A stretch of 64,000 nt of DNA from Yuukianura sp. NJ FZ-2021 (Eukaryota). The notes under the pieces were generated by a model that was given only the letters and a program-made list of their open reading frames with translations, did no database searches and was not told the origin of the DNA. Positions within the stretch are counted from its first letter, which is position 1. Each line of letters opens with the position of its first letter. The DNA is taken from assembly GCA_046563655.1 (NCBI GenBank), contig CM102284.1:3286001-3350000 (forward strand), written 5' to 3'. Shown here piece after piece: positions 25,317 to 38,800 of this stretch. The translations under genes were made by a program, and so were the position numbers.

Positions 25317-26555
25317 GATTCCGCTCTACTAATAACACCCTGTAACATCAAACATAACTTTAAAGGTTTGTATCAAGGACTTCTTTGAGGTGACCAACCT
25401 TCTTATTAATATTGTTAAACTTACCACAAATGTCACCTCTGTTTTGATTAATCTTAATTAGGAATTCGGCAACCACTGCTGCTATGCTAACTGCTTCTCA
25501 ATTATCCACTTGCTTACGGAAGATGTCAAGTCCAAGTCAAAGTCTAATTCGATGAAGCCGGTTCAATTGTCGGATCGAACTCCCTCGCCTCTTGAACAGT
25601 TGGCAGTTGTTATTTCCTTGGGCTTTAGTAGCCTCCTCTCCACCTTGCCTCGGACTGTGATGATGATGATTATGGCAAATGCAATGGGGCTGATTCTGGA
25701 TCTCTCCTCTTCTTTCCTTCTTTCTTCTTACGTGTCTCTTGCTTTGCGTCCGCTAAACTTTAGCTCCACGGGACAGTCCACCCGACTGCGATTGTCGGTT
25801 TCAACCTCACAAAATAAGAAATTGAAAGAGTAGGTTCTGCTTCTGCGGCATCTACAAGTACAAAAGACAGGTTTATCCACAAATTAGACATGGAAACTAA
25901 TATGTAGCTTCACTATTATTAGATTTCGAACAATGCGTACTAAACGACAAAATTGGAACCTGAGACGGACAATAAGAGCATCTCGACGTTGGCGACTTTT
26001 AGACACTTGACCTTTAGAAGAATCTAAATCTAAAAGTTTGATATTGGATTAACTTACTTCGTTAGATCTTGGTTTTGAGAATTGAACTTTTTAATTGATC
26101 GTCTCTATTGACAAACCTGGACAATCCACAACTGGAGAAAAGAATGCTCTGGATATCATATGCCGGCGAAAATGAAATGACACTATAATCAGTGATCAGT
26201 GGTCACTGATAAAAGTTAAGCCCGTAACTGATGCTATGCGAACGCAACTCCCTCCCAGATTTTGGATTTGTTTGTGTTTGTTTGAATTTGAATCTGAAGC
26301 TTCGCGCTTTTTTTTTCAAACTTCCTGAGATTGACGCGTGACTCGGGGTGAATGACCTCGCTGCGCGTATGCGCACTTCCTCTTTCGTTTTGTTCTTTGT
26401 CTTCAACGTACAGAAATTTCTTTGGTCAGTAAGCAAGTAGACGTTGTCGCGGAAGGATCTCTCCAGTCTCCACTAAATTCGATCTTCATCTTTTCTAATT
26501 CGAAATTCTAATTTCATTTGTTTTCTGTCGCAAATTTGACCTTTTCTAAATCCAT

Positions 26556-28671
26556 AATGCGTGAAATTGTGCACATCCAGGCTGGACAATGTGGAAACCA
26601 GATTGGTTCCAAGGTAATCCAAAGTTTATTAGAGATTTGTGTTATTTTTGAAGAAATTTCCGAGGATTTCTGTTTTTCCAGTTCTGGGAAATGATTTCGG
26701 AAGAGCACGGACTGGATTGCAGCGGAATTTACTCGGGAGATTCTGATCTTCAACTGGAACGGGCCAATGTCTACTACAATGAAGCCACGGGTAAACTGTC
26801 GCTTCTTATCGTTTTATATGCTTTTGAACCATATTTGAAGTATAAACTTATGATTATGTTCTATTTTATAGCCGGGAAGTACGTTCCGAGAGCCATTCTG
26901 ATTGACCTGGAACCTGGAACGATGGAATCCGTGAAATCTGGAGTCCTGGGTGACCTGTTCCGGCCAGACAACTTTGTGTTTGGTCAGAGTGGAGCTGGAA
27001 ACAACTGGGCCAAAGGTCATTACACCGAGGGAGCGGAGTTGGTGGATCAAATCCTGGATGTTGTCCACCGAGAAGCGGAATCGTGTGACTGCCTCCAAGG
27101 ATTCCAAATGGTCCACTCTCTTGGTGGTGGTACTGGATCTGGTCAGTGGATTTACAATTTTTAGCTTGAAAAAAAGTTATGTTTGTTTAAAATTTGGTTT
27201 GATTTGACCTTTAGGTCTAGGAACCTTGTTGATGTCCAAAATTCGTGACGAGTTCCCGGATCGAATCATCACAACATTCAGCATCGTTCCATCTCCGAAG
27301 GTAAGAGGAGAGAGTTTGTCCAGTGTGAATGTGCTTTGAGTTTAACGTTATTTGCAGCGCTGTGTGAGCTTTCAACCTGGCTGTGTCAGCCAGGTTGAAT
27401 GACCTTCAGGTCAATGTATTCAGTAGCTTTGCCTTAGCCTTCGGAAGTTAAGTCCAGCATGTCTTTGCAATAGTTTTTAAATGTTATCTCCAGCATGTCT
27501 TTGCAATAGTTTTTAAATGTTATGTTCAGCCTCCAGCATGTTTTTGCTTTGGTTATCGGTTGCAGTAGAAGCTATGGAGATACCAATTTTGCTTCAGCAG
27601 TATTTTATTACAGTAATTTTTTCACTGCTTTTAGACCACTTTGCTTTACTTTTTACACTCGACTTTCATTTTATATACAGAATTCAATAATCCATTCAGT
27701 TGCTTTATTTTTCCGGACAAACTCTCTCCTCTTGTATTTTTAATTTTCAGGTGTCGAACACTGTGGTGGAGCCGTACAATGCTCTTCTCACCATTCATCA
27801 ACTCCTGGAAAATTCTGATGAAGTGTTCTGTATCGACAATGAAGCTCTGTACGACATTTGCTTCCGGACTCTGAAGTTGGCAGTTCCAGCTTATGGCGAC
27901 CTCAATCACTTGGTGTCTTGCACCATGTCAGGAGTTACGACGTGTCTCCGATTCCCGGGTCAGCTCAACGCCGATCTCCGGAAACTGGCTGTCAACATGG
28001 TGCCATTCCCACGCCTTCACTTCTTCACTCCTGGATTTGCACCATTGACTTCTCGGGACAACGTCCAATTTGAAGCGACAACAGTCACTGAACTGATCCA
28101 GCAGGCTTTCGATGGAAGAAACATGATGACAGCATGTAATCCACAACACGGCAGATATCTTACTGCTGCAGCAGTCTTCCGAGGACGCGTTTCCATGAAG
28201 GAAGTGGAAGAACAAATGCAGGCAGTTCAGAACAAGAACTCTAATTACTTCGTCGAATGGATTCCAAACAACGTCAAGACTGCTGTGAGTTGTCTTAATA
28301 TTTCTGAATAGCTTTAAAATCAACTGTGAAATGCTTAATTGATTGTTTTGAATTTGGTGTCGCAGGTCTGCGATGTGGCCCCCAAAGGAGTCAACATGTC
28401 CGCCACTTTCATCGGCAACACGACTGCAATTCAGGAGTTGTTCAAACGTATGTCCGAGCAGTTCTCGTCCATGTTCCGTCGGAAGGCGTTTCTGCACTGG
28501 TACACTGCGGAAGGCATGGACGAAACGGAGTTTATTGACGCAGAGGCTAACATCAATGACCTCGTGTCAGAGTACCAGCAGTATCAAGAGATTGGAATCG
28601 AAGGATCCTCGGAACAAGTGGCACTGGATGAAGAAGTTGTTGAAGAACCTGTGTTGCTGCCTGAAGCCTAA
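26556..28671 (+). CDS. Beta-tubulin, divergent isotype, 6 coding exons
   Basis: Motifs include [70 protein letters not shown] and [12 protein letters not shown], followed by an acidic tail. Confidence 0.96.
27453..27547. repeat. Intronic 36-bp direct tandem duplication plus a partial third copy
   Basis: TCCAGCATGTCTTTGCAATAGTTTTTAAATGTTAT occurs twice, followed by CTCCAGCATGTTTTTGC. Confidence 0.85.
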
Positions 28672-29859
28672 ATTTCAAATATTAATCTTACATTACCCAA
28701 AGTATTCTAAAAGTACCTGAACAGTATTCAAAATTTATGCATTTCAAAATTTTAAGACTGGAGAGAACCTCAATGTCAGTAAATCCAAATTGCTCAAATC
28801 ACTCTTAATTCATATTCATTCATATAATACAGATAATTCATATTTTCATTTCGATTTTTGGCTTATTTTCCAACTCCTCAACGGTACATTTGTTTAAAAA
28901 TAAAGTTCCATATTGGAGCAATGCTTTCAATTTCTAAACTACTTTGAAATTGTGCGTTTTATGCAATATGTTTTAATCAAATTTATCAAAATGCCTGAGA
29001 ATCGGGCATTTTCGTAAAGTTGAACTGATTGACGCTGTAAAGTTCACAATTTTTTAAAAAGCAACTTAAGTGTTGCAACTTAATTAAGTAAACATTAACC
29101 TCCAGAAATTACGTTTTATTTTAGTTTTTAAACTTAACAAAACAACAGTACATGACAGACACTTTCAACAGTATTTGAGATTGTTAATTATAAATGCTCA
29201 CTTATTTCTGTCTTTTTCAAAAATCTGACGAGTGATGCTTACTTGGAATGACACTAATATTCTTCAGTCTTTACTTTTTAAATTGTCAATTGAAATTGTT
29301 TGGAAAGTGAAAGCCATTCTACCTGATAGGAAGTTTAAATACAACTAATTATAAAAGTGCGTGTAGCTGTAACTGTTTACTGTTCTAGATATCAGGATTT
29401 CTGTACAAATAAATAATTCCCAAATTGAGAATGAAATACTTAAATTCTATTTATCCATATAAATGCATAAGTACAAATAAGTACCAACTAATAGATAAAT
29501 ATGCTTTAGATTATTTGTTACTAAAAACAAGTTCATTGGCTAGAAGTCTCAATTTTGTAACTGTCTTCCTCTTAAAAAATAAATGCATGTAACAATTAAA
29601 GCTACGGACATTAAAATTTAAACCTCCTGCAATCAACCGGAAATTAAAGGACTATGAGTCTGAAGTTTTGCTTAAATGGGAGTTAAAACGTAAAGTCTTT
29701 GAACACAATCGAAAGCTGCCTAAATCCTATTCAATATGTAACAAAAACTTTGTTAAGTAAACAGTGAGCAGTTTTTCTGCTCATTGAAAAATTGAGCATT
29801 GTTGAGTAAGAAGTGGAATCACAAGGAGCCTTTTGACTTTTAGTTAGACCAAGAATTGT

Positions 29860-32800
29860 TCAGCGCTTGGACGACCTCGGTCTGCTCGTTCTCTCGTCAT
29901 CGCTGTCCGGATTACTGTACATGTCCGCTAATTTGTTAAATCGCGGTCCAAGGGAAGGCAGAAAGTCGAAGTCAATGTCCTCATCGTCAGTTCCTGAAGC
30001 CAGAGACGACAAGGAGCCAATAGACGTTCCGTCACCTTCATAGGCGTAGTTTCTAACGTCGTCGTATGGAGGAAGATGCGGATCTTTGTCTACTCTATCT
30101 TTGCTTCCTTGCAGGAACGGTCCAATGTCGGGTTCAGGGTCATGACCTGGATTTTTAAAATTGTCTTAATAGATTTCTTAAGAAAAATTTTAAAAATGTT
30201 TTTTTACCATTAGGAAGCAGAGTGCCATCTAGTGGACGTTTGTCATTTGGCGTCCGAGTGTAGGGAACATGCCCGGGTTTCATGAGAACCGAAAGATCAT
30301 ATCCAGCATGGTCACCCTCCCCGCCACCTTCGTCTGAATAGTTGATTATGTTTTCCCGAACATCGTCTCCAGGTTCACCTTTGACCTGTTCGTAGAGTCG
30401 CTTTCTCCGGTAGAACAGGACGAAAATGAGCAACAGGAGGAGAATGAGTAAGCATACGATGAGGATTATGATAAAGTTGAAACCGATGGCCACAGTGGCA
30501 AATTGTACGCCACCGACTAGAGGAATGTCACAGTTCGTCACGTTCCCTTTGGCGTAGCTTGGTTCACCGAGATCAAAGTACTGAAAAAATATTAGACCAA
30601 GTTAGGTTTAGCTTAGAGTTGATTAGGCTACGCACCTCTCCGTTAAGAGTGAGATTCGAAATGCATCCATGGAAGCCTTTGGTGGAAGGCACATAGTCCC
30701 AATTTTTGTACTCTTGAATCGTTCTCGGGTCAAACGAAATTCCACCGAGCTGAAATGGTCCATTGACGTTAAGAGAAGAGTGACTTCCGACCTTTTGACC
30801 TTTGGTGAAACATGACTCTGCTTTGTCATGGCAAGTGTCAATTGTCATGGCCACTTCGGCAGGATTCCAGGTCAAGGTCACGAGGTGTTCCTTTCCATCG
30901 GAAAGACTCGGAGAGTGAGATAGGTTGAGACGACGAACTCCAGAACCGTAGTCTAGGAGCAGCACTGGTCGCCCATTTTTGAGTTCAAGAGACACAAAAT
31001 CTACAAGTGAATCAAGTTTTTCAAAAAATGAATTTTTCAAAAATGGAAAACATTTCTGTGAATAATTTTCGCTTATTTTACCGGTAACGTTGTTGCTTGT
31101 TCTATGAGTTGGACCGTTGTAGAAAATGACGCCATCGGGTGAAAGTGTGCTGAAAGTCAACTGAAGAAACGTATCAGCACAGACGCTGATTGGCGGATAC
31201 CAAGCGTATCCTGTTCCGTGAAACGAAATTTCTGTGGCTTCGCATCGGCTTCCATCAAATCCAGCCCGACACTCACATCTGAATTTTAAACATAGATTAA
31301 AAATTTTGTAAATTTTGAAATTAATGTTGAATTTAGCTTAATCTACTTGAATCCTTCAATATTCGGTCCTCTGTGACATATTCCATCATGAGCGCAAGGA
31401 TTTGGTTCGCATGAAGTTGGTTTCGACTCAGACTTGCATTTGCATTCTGCCGAAATGTACGCCGTGATTCCAAGAAACGTGCTTGTGTTGGTCACAATTC
31501 GATAAGTGGCTGGACTTTTAGTAAGTTCATTGAAACAACTATTTTCGCAAAATAAATTTTCCTGGATGCATTCGTCCACTCCAACCATATCGATTTCAAC
31601 TCCCAACAATTTCTCGAGCTAAAAATTCAAAAAGTTTAATTTTGCACAAAGTTTTTTTTTTTTCAAAAAGACGTTCATACTTTGTCCTTCTCCGGTGCTA
31701 TTAGTCCTTCCATCTTCTCTGCATGGTAAATTGGAGAACCGTGGGCCGTAAACCTTACGTCAACCACATTTTTGTCACTGACTGAATCCGGATTGAGGAC
31801 GGTGAAGACATCAACATTTTGTTCCGGGAGATTCAAAATTCTTGCAATCTCACTGCGCAGAATCTCCAGTTTGCTTTTTCCACCGCCTTCCGGTTTTGTC
31901 ACAAATTCCTCTTGTGTGATGCCCCGGAATCGGATGGATCCTGATTTGTCAATGGCTTCGTCCGTAATTTCTTTTACGACAACCGTCACAGTGGCTCGAG
32001 CCTCTTCGTTCCGATAGTTGTCCGTGACCTTGAAGGAGAGTTTATGGGTGCCCTCTGCAACAGAAGGACGCATGCTGATTCCACCATCGGCGTAGTTCAG
32101 AACAAAGTCAGCGTGGGATGGACCGTCCCATTCAAAGTTTTTATCATTTAAGTCCCAGTCATCCAGGTCATTGACAAACACTCTTCCAATGGAAAACAAG
32201 TTCTTCTCTTGGTACTTGTAAATGACAATCTGACTCTCTCCGTCTCCCATTGGGTTATCGTTTAGGTCACCTTAGAATGAAGAAGACAAGTAGTTTATAC
32301 AAAATACATACAGTATCGTATTGAATTTATCATGAAAATAGTACACCTATAGTACATCTATAAGCATTTGAAAGCTTACCGATGATCACCGTCAAGATGC
32401 TTGTGCCCCTTTGCGGGTCACTGCCTGAGTCCTCGATTTCTATCGGAATTTTGTACATTTTTCGAGTTTCACGATCCAAGTTTTCGCGAACTGCCCTTAG
32501 AGCATTTCCTAGAAGTTATAAGAAAAAAACTGAAATCTTTCCAAACTTGTGACTTTGAAACCAAATAAAGTTGTTTTCATAGGAGTAACTTTTTTGTTGC
32601 AGAAATTACGCAGCAATGGCTGTTCTTACCGACAATTTGAAAAGTGCTGAGCGTTTCTTCGTCAGCGTCTGGAGAAATTGTGAATTTAAATGGATAGCCG
32701 TTTTGGTCATCATCATTGTCAAGAGCTGTCAAGTACGTTACAGTTCCCGTTCCTTGATTTTCATTCCAGACGACAGGATTTGTCTAAAACAAAAGGATCA

Positions 32801-35800
32801 TGTACAAATCACTACAACAAACTTTTCAAAAAAGAAAAAAAATGAAGTGTTAATTTGAGTATACCGAGTTCAAAACCGGAAAATTGTCATTAACATCCGT
32901 TAGATTAACTATGAGCTCCAGAATTGTGTAATGTTTGGTTGAAGTGTTTCCGTATTCATCGTAGGCTACAATGTACGCTTGGTAAAATGGGACGCCATAC
33001 GGTGGATCTCGATCCAATTTCTGGAAAAAAACAACAGAAAAGTTCAACTTTGTGTTAACTTTCTACAAAAACTGTAAATGTTGACCTCTGACCTGCTTGA
33101 CTCGAACACATCCCGTAATTGCGTCAACAGAGAAAAAGTCGCGGGCTTTCACATCCACTACATAGTAAATTCCTTGAGGCGCAGACCTGTCGGCAATGTC
33201 CGGATCATGTGCAGATACATTAAAAATGCAATAGTCCGGAATAGTTTCTTCTTGGATTGTCACAGTTTTTTCAATTTCTTCAAATGCTGGTGGATTGTCG
33301 TTGATATTTGACACTAGAATTGTCACTGTCGTAAAGTCTTCGTGAAAAGAATCGGAGGCCTTGACTCTAAGCTGGTACCGTTTTACAGTTTCATGGTCCA
33401 GTGGCTTTTCAATTGAAATGACCCCACGTTCCGATGTCGTTTTCATGCTAAATTGACCTTCCGGATCGCCATCTTCAATTGTATAGGTGATTTCGGACTC
33501 TGAAAACATTACCAAGTAGTAGTCATTGCAAATGCATCAGATATTTTTCAACTATCAGCAAAAACTGTCGCCCAGTATCGATAGATTGTTCAAACCGGTA
33601 TCTGGATCGGTAGCTTGGACTTCGAGAACCATTGTTCCAGTATCGGCATTTTCTGGAATCTCAGCCTTGTACCCCCCTCTCGGTTGGATAAAACGAGGCG
33701 CGTTGTCATTTCGATCAGCAATTTCAATTTTGATTTGTTCTCTACCTAAAATCCAAAGTAATTTGAAAGTTTTAAATCAAAAATGAAAATGTTCAAAGTA
33801 TTTTTTAAAATCAAGATTATTTTGAACAAATTACGCTCATTTGGAAGCCCCAGTGGATTTGGTTTAATAATTGCAGAAGGTGCGCCGTCTCTAGCAAATA
33901 CTTCTAGCTGGAACACGTCTTGTGACTCACGGTCAAACGGCCTGCGTGTTTTTATTTCGCCTGTCATAGAATCTATGCTGAAGTCATCTACGTAATCCGA
34001 TCCCAGGGAGTAACTAACCTGTAAACACAAGTATCAGTTTTCAGTTAACCTTGGGCAAACTTAAATTACATAAACTGAAGTTACATAAACTTGAAAACCG
34101 TACCAAATTATTTGGAGAAGTTCCGTCCCTATCAATAGCTAGAACGCGTATGACTGCTGTACCCGGCGGGGCGTTTTCTGGCACGCTTGCTTGTTTCACG
34201 TCTGAGAAAAAGGGCCGTTCGTCGTTCTCGTCTTCTACGTCTATCCTAAGTACAGTTGTGGCAGCGAGACCATGTTTATTCTAAAAAAAAATGCATAATT
34301 CATTTCAAAATTTTGAAACCAATCAGCAAATCTGCAAAATTTTGAAACCAATGTTATGAAATCCAGAAACTCACTGAGACACGGACAGTAAGAAAGTAGA
34401 GATTGACTAATTCGTAGTCCAAAGGTTTTTCTACTCGGATGAAAACTTTGTTCCCGGTTGGTTCGGAAGTAAAAATGGAGTCTTTGTTTGTTGCCTGTGT
34501 TTGGCCATTCAGAAGCTCAAAAAATACTAATGAACTATTGGCAATGCCAGAAGTAGCTTCCAGCTCTGCTATTGGACTGAGGCGATCATGACTTAGTTCC
34601 TTGATTGTAATTGGTTCAGAATATTCTCGCACAAAAGTCGGTGGCTTTTGGTTTGGTTCGATCACTCGAATAGAAAGATTCGTTCTGGAACTTTGGGGAG
34701 GATCACCGTTGTCCGACGCCACAGCAACAACGGTGTACATCCGTTCGGCGTCTCTGGAATCGGGAAATCTGTGACGCAGACGCACTTCGCCAGTGTCGGA
34801 CGTAACTTCAAAAAATGCGGAATCATGAGTTGAAGTGTGGTTGTCAAAGGAGTATCGAACTCTGCCGTTGTTTCCGTCGTCAATGTCTGTAGCCGAAATG
34901 CGCATGACGATTGCTCCTGCAGCAACGTCTCTAGGAACGGATTCACGGTACTCCTGCAAAACCCAAAAAGTAAACTAACACCTAATACCCGAATGTCACT
35001 CAAAGATATTTGACTAGTAACACGATCGAATTTAGAAGTAGATTTACCTTACGATTACCGTAAGCCTTATTACGTATGCAGCACAGAAAAAAAATGAATA
35101 GTTTACTTTTGCGGAATCAAAATTTTTTTCAACTTCCACGCCATTCTGTACTAATTTTTATGGAATTTGCAGGATCCAAAGAATTTTTTTTAGTTTTGGC
35201 GTGGCAATCTTGCAATGTTTGTGAATTTCATAATTTTGAATTTTGACTTACGAATTTATCAAACATTGGGCGGTTGTCGTTGACATCGCGAATGGTGACC
35301 TTAAGGTTACAGACGTCGTCGAGTTGAGGTCGTCCATTGTCAGTTGCTCGGACGGAAACGTAGGCAACTTTCTCCCGCGTCGGTTCGTCACGGTCAAAAA
35401 TCTGAACGGGAAAATTATTTATTATATTATATGTATAATATTTAAATATTATTATAGAAGTTAATAAATTCTTTAAAAAGTTGGTACAGTAAGGACAAAG
35501 AATTTGTCACTTGCCTTATTGGTTCTTAGCCACCCTGTTTGGCTGTCCACTGCGAAGAAATCTGTTGTCTCTACAATGGAGTACGTGACCTTACCCCCAG
35601 CATTTTCAGGGTCAAGGTCAATCGCCCGAACCTACAAGGTCATTGAACTTTTAGTACATCTGTGACAAGCATATGTGAGTGTGTGATTTACCTGGATCAC
35701 AGACGTATTGATGGGCTGATTCTCATAAACTTCGGGATTGTACGTCTTGCATAATGTGAAGTTTGGTTTGTGTACGTTGTCTACTACAACTGATTGAAGG

Positions 35801-38800
35801 CTGACAGAACTGCGGGCGTCATCAGTCTACAAAATAGTAACATAGCAACAGAAAATCAGAAAAAGAGGGGGAAATGGTTTTTGCCAAAAGTGCTTTCTCC
35901 CTTCCACAAAAAACGCACATGAGGGAAAGTAAGTAAGGCAGAACGAATTATGTCATCACAGTGACAGCTTTCGCAGAAGTGTGCGTAGGGCGTTTTTTGT
36001 CACATGGGGTGACAGGGATAGGCATGAGGGTTCCAAACGTCAACTTAGGATCTATCGTATCCACTTCCGCATAATGATGGTTGATCAGTAGGGGATGAAG
36101 AGAGGGTTTCGCCTTTCAATTGAAAATATACGCGGGAGACGACGAAATGTCGGACCCCATACGTCTACACCGCATGATATGACGAAGGATGGACATTTTT
36201 GCCACTTTACCGGGAAGTGAAAGTGAAGAATGTCCACTTAATTTAGAAATATGGATCTACGACTACGTATTACTAAGATGGATGGAGTAACGATGAAAAC
36301 TCTCAAGTGACAAAAAAAATCAATCGATGAACTAAAAAACTCTGCAGTATAAAATGGAACCTTGTCAGTTCGATATGTTTTTTAGCTTTACTGTTGAGTC
36401 TCAAACCTCAAAATTCGTAACGTTTTACTCAAAAACGCAAAAGATGAGCACCATTTACAAAGTGCCTCATCCATTTTAAATATTTCTAAAAACTTCGTAA
36501 AATGTCATAACAAATGTTTACCTGAGGAAAGTAATTTGAGTATAACCTGATACTGGCAGGGACAAGAGAAAGTTTACACAAAAGACAGCGTTGGTATAAA
36601 ATTTCTCCCGAATCGATACGAATTAAGTGACATGAATTATAAATAAACTACGGTATTTTTAGTCTATAGCAAGCATGGAGTTCTTATAAGGATGACTTTT
36701 GTTCTAAACATTTCAAATTGTCAATTACGAAAGCTGGGAGTTGAAAAAATGACAACAAGCCCACCCAGAATTTGTCAAACTTTGACACTGCTTAAGTTTA
36801 AAGTGCTAACAGAGTGATTTAGTTCAAACAGAGACTTAAAGCGTTAAATTTTGAATCTCCTGTACAAAGCTACATCGACAAAAAAAAAACTAAAGTGTCA
36901 AATTTCAAGACTTTCTTCACACATCGGAATTTGAAATTCAGCTTGAACTGCAATTTTCAGTAAACATTTAGTTTTGTACTCCAAGAAAAAACGGTAACTA
37001 AGCTTGAAGTGTCAAATTTTCGGTTTAGCTTGCAAAATTACTTTTCGTGGGAAACCGTTTTTTTTTCTTCTATTTTTTTTTCATAAAACTTAAAATCTCG
37101 TATTTCAATTTAGGATTTAATGACTCCGCAAGTGGAATCCTGAACAAAAAGCTGCCAATAATACTCAAAAGATTTTCGAAGCATACTGTATTTATTTTTT
37201 GCTACAGTAAAAGCAACAGGAACTACGACAAAGGAAGGGGCGTAACGCAGAGCAGCAGTCAATTTACGCGTGGGTGCAGAAAATACAGAAGAGCGAAGCC
37301 GGCCAACGACTGACCACGAATGTTTCATTTCCGTTTTGAACTCGTGCGTTTCCCACCATCACGATCACCACCATAATTAACTTTAAAATTGAGCTTATTT
37401 CCAATTACAGAACCTAACTGACTTATATTAACTTAGTTAATTTAGTTTAGTTAAGTCTCAAATTACCTCGTGTGGCTCTGTTATTGTGTTGGAACCCCAA
37501 GGGTTGATGCTTTCTCCTTGAGATTCTCTGTGCACCCTGCGCAGTAGGTCTCCATGCCTATGTCGATGCGTTCCTCCCCCGTCTACGACAAAAACGAAAG
37601 AAGTCAACAAGAATCGAAAAATCGAACTTTTTAATAATACGGTTTTGGCATAAAAATTGTGTGTGCTGACCGCATGTTGTGGGAGGTTTAATTATATACA
37701 CAGAGTTTTAATTCAAACTTTGTATCGCTAATGCGTTCGATCCGAACTCCAAAACCAACGTTAACATTACAGATGTAAATATGTCATTTTTTTTATTCAT
37801 TAAGAATGTTTAATAAGAAAGAGCTGATGAACACAAACTGATGTCGAAGTGATATAACAAGTTGTACAATGTGAAAATTTCAGTCGACTTTCAAATTCAT
37901 TGAAAGAACTGAATTGGATCAACTAGAATTGTATCAACGCTCAATTGTGTCAACAGCTACTTCCATCAACGAAATTAACCTAAGCTCAGTCAAGCATTTC
38001 AAACGTTGACATAATTAGCCGTTGAGAGAATTCTGGTTGACTCAATTCCGTTGATGCAATTGCAGTTGATACAATTCAATTTAGACAATGAAAGCACGAA
38101 CCCTTTATGACAACATAAAAATTTTTCTTTCCTCCGCATTTCTTTCTCTGAAACTGGAACTTCGATAACTCTCTGGATCTGATTTGGTTTCTCACTGATT
38201 TTGAATGTTACAGCCATAAAGATCTGGGTTTATGACTTGGAAAATTTGTTTAACAGAGAAAGTACTATACTCCTTGCCAAAAAATTCCCAGTTCTCCAGT
38301 TATCAAGTACAAAACTTATGACGGTGCGGTGTGATCAAATTATTAAAATAATTTATATATATAATTCAAATGCATGCGTAATTCTCATGATTGACTAAAC
38401 TCACGTTCATTTTATTAATCAGAAACAAACAACTTTCGAACTTAATTTAACGTTAAATCTTCCAGTCAACTTCACCCCCCAAAAAGATTAAGTTTCTTGC
38501 TCAGCTTGAAAGTAAAGGAAGAGTCGTTCTATTCGGCAGGATTTGTGACTTTAGAAGCCAAAATCATTATTTTATTCCCCTTGTTCCATGGGGAATAAAT
38601 TTCCCCTCCCGGGAAATTTTGTAAGAGAAATTTAATGTCTCAATCCACATGATCCACCGACCAAAGAGTGCATCAAAACCCCCAAAACCAGAAAAATACA
38701 ACGATCAATATCCATCAAAGAAACGCTCATTTAATCCATCTTCCGCTTTCTGCCTTTTTTTTCGTATTTCTTTTTTTTTCAAAATACGCATTTTTATATC

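Noticed and set aside
27928-28720. 189-aa antisense and alternative-frame ORFs over tubulin
   Set aside because: These are shadow ORFs of a conserved coding sequence.
34058-34352. Short intronic direct duplications (TTACATAAACT x2; CAAAATTTTGAAACCAAT x2)
   Set aside because: Ordinary slippage-type duplications with no further structure.
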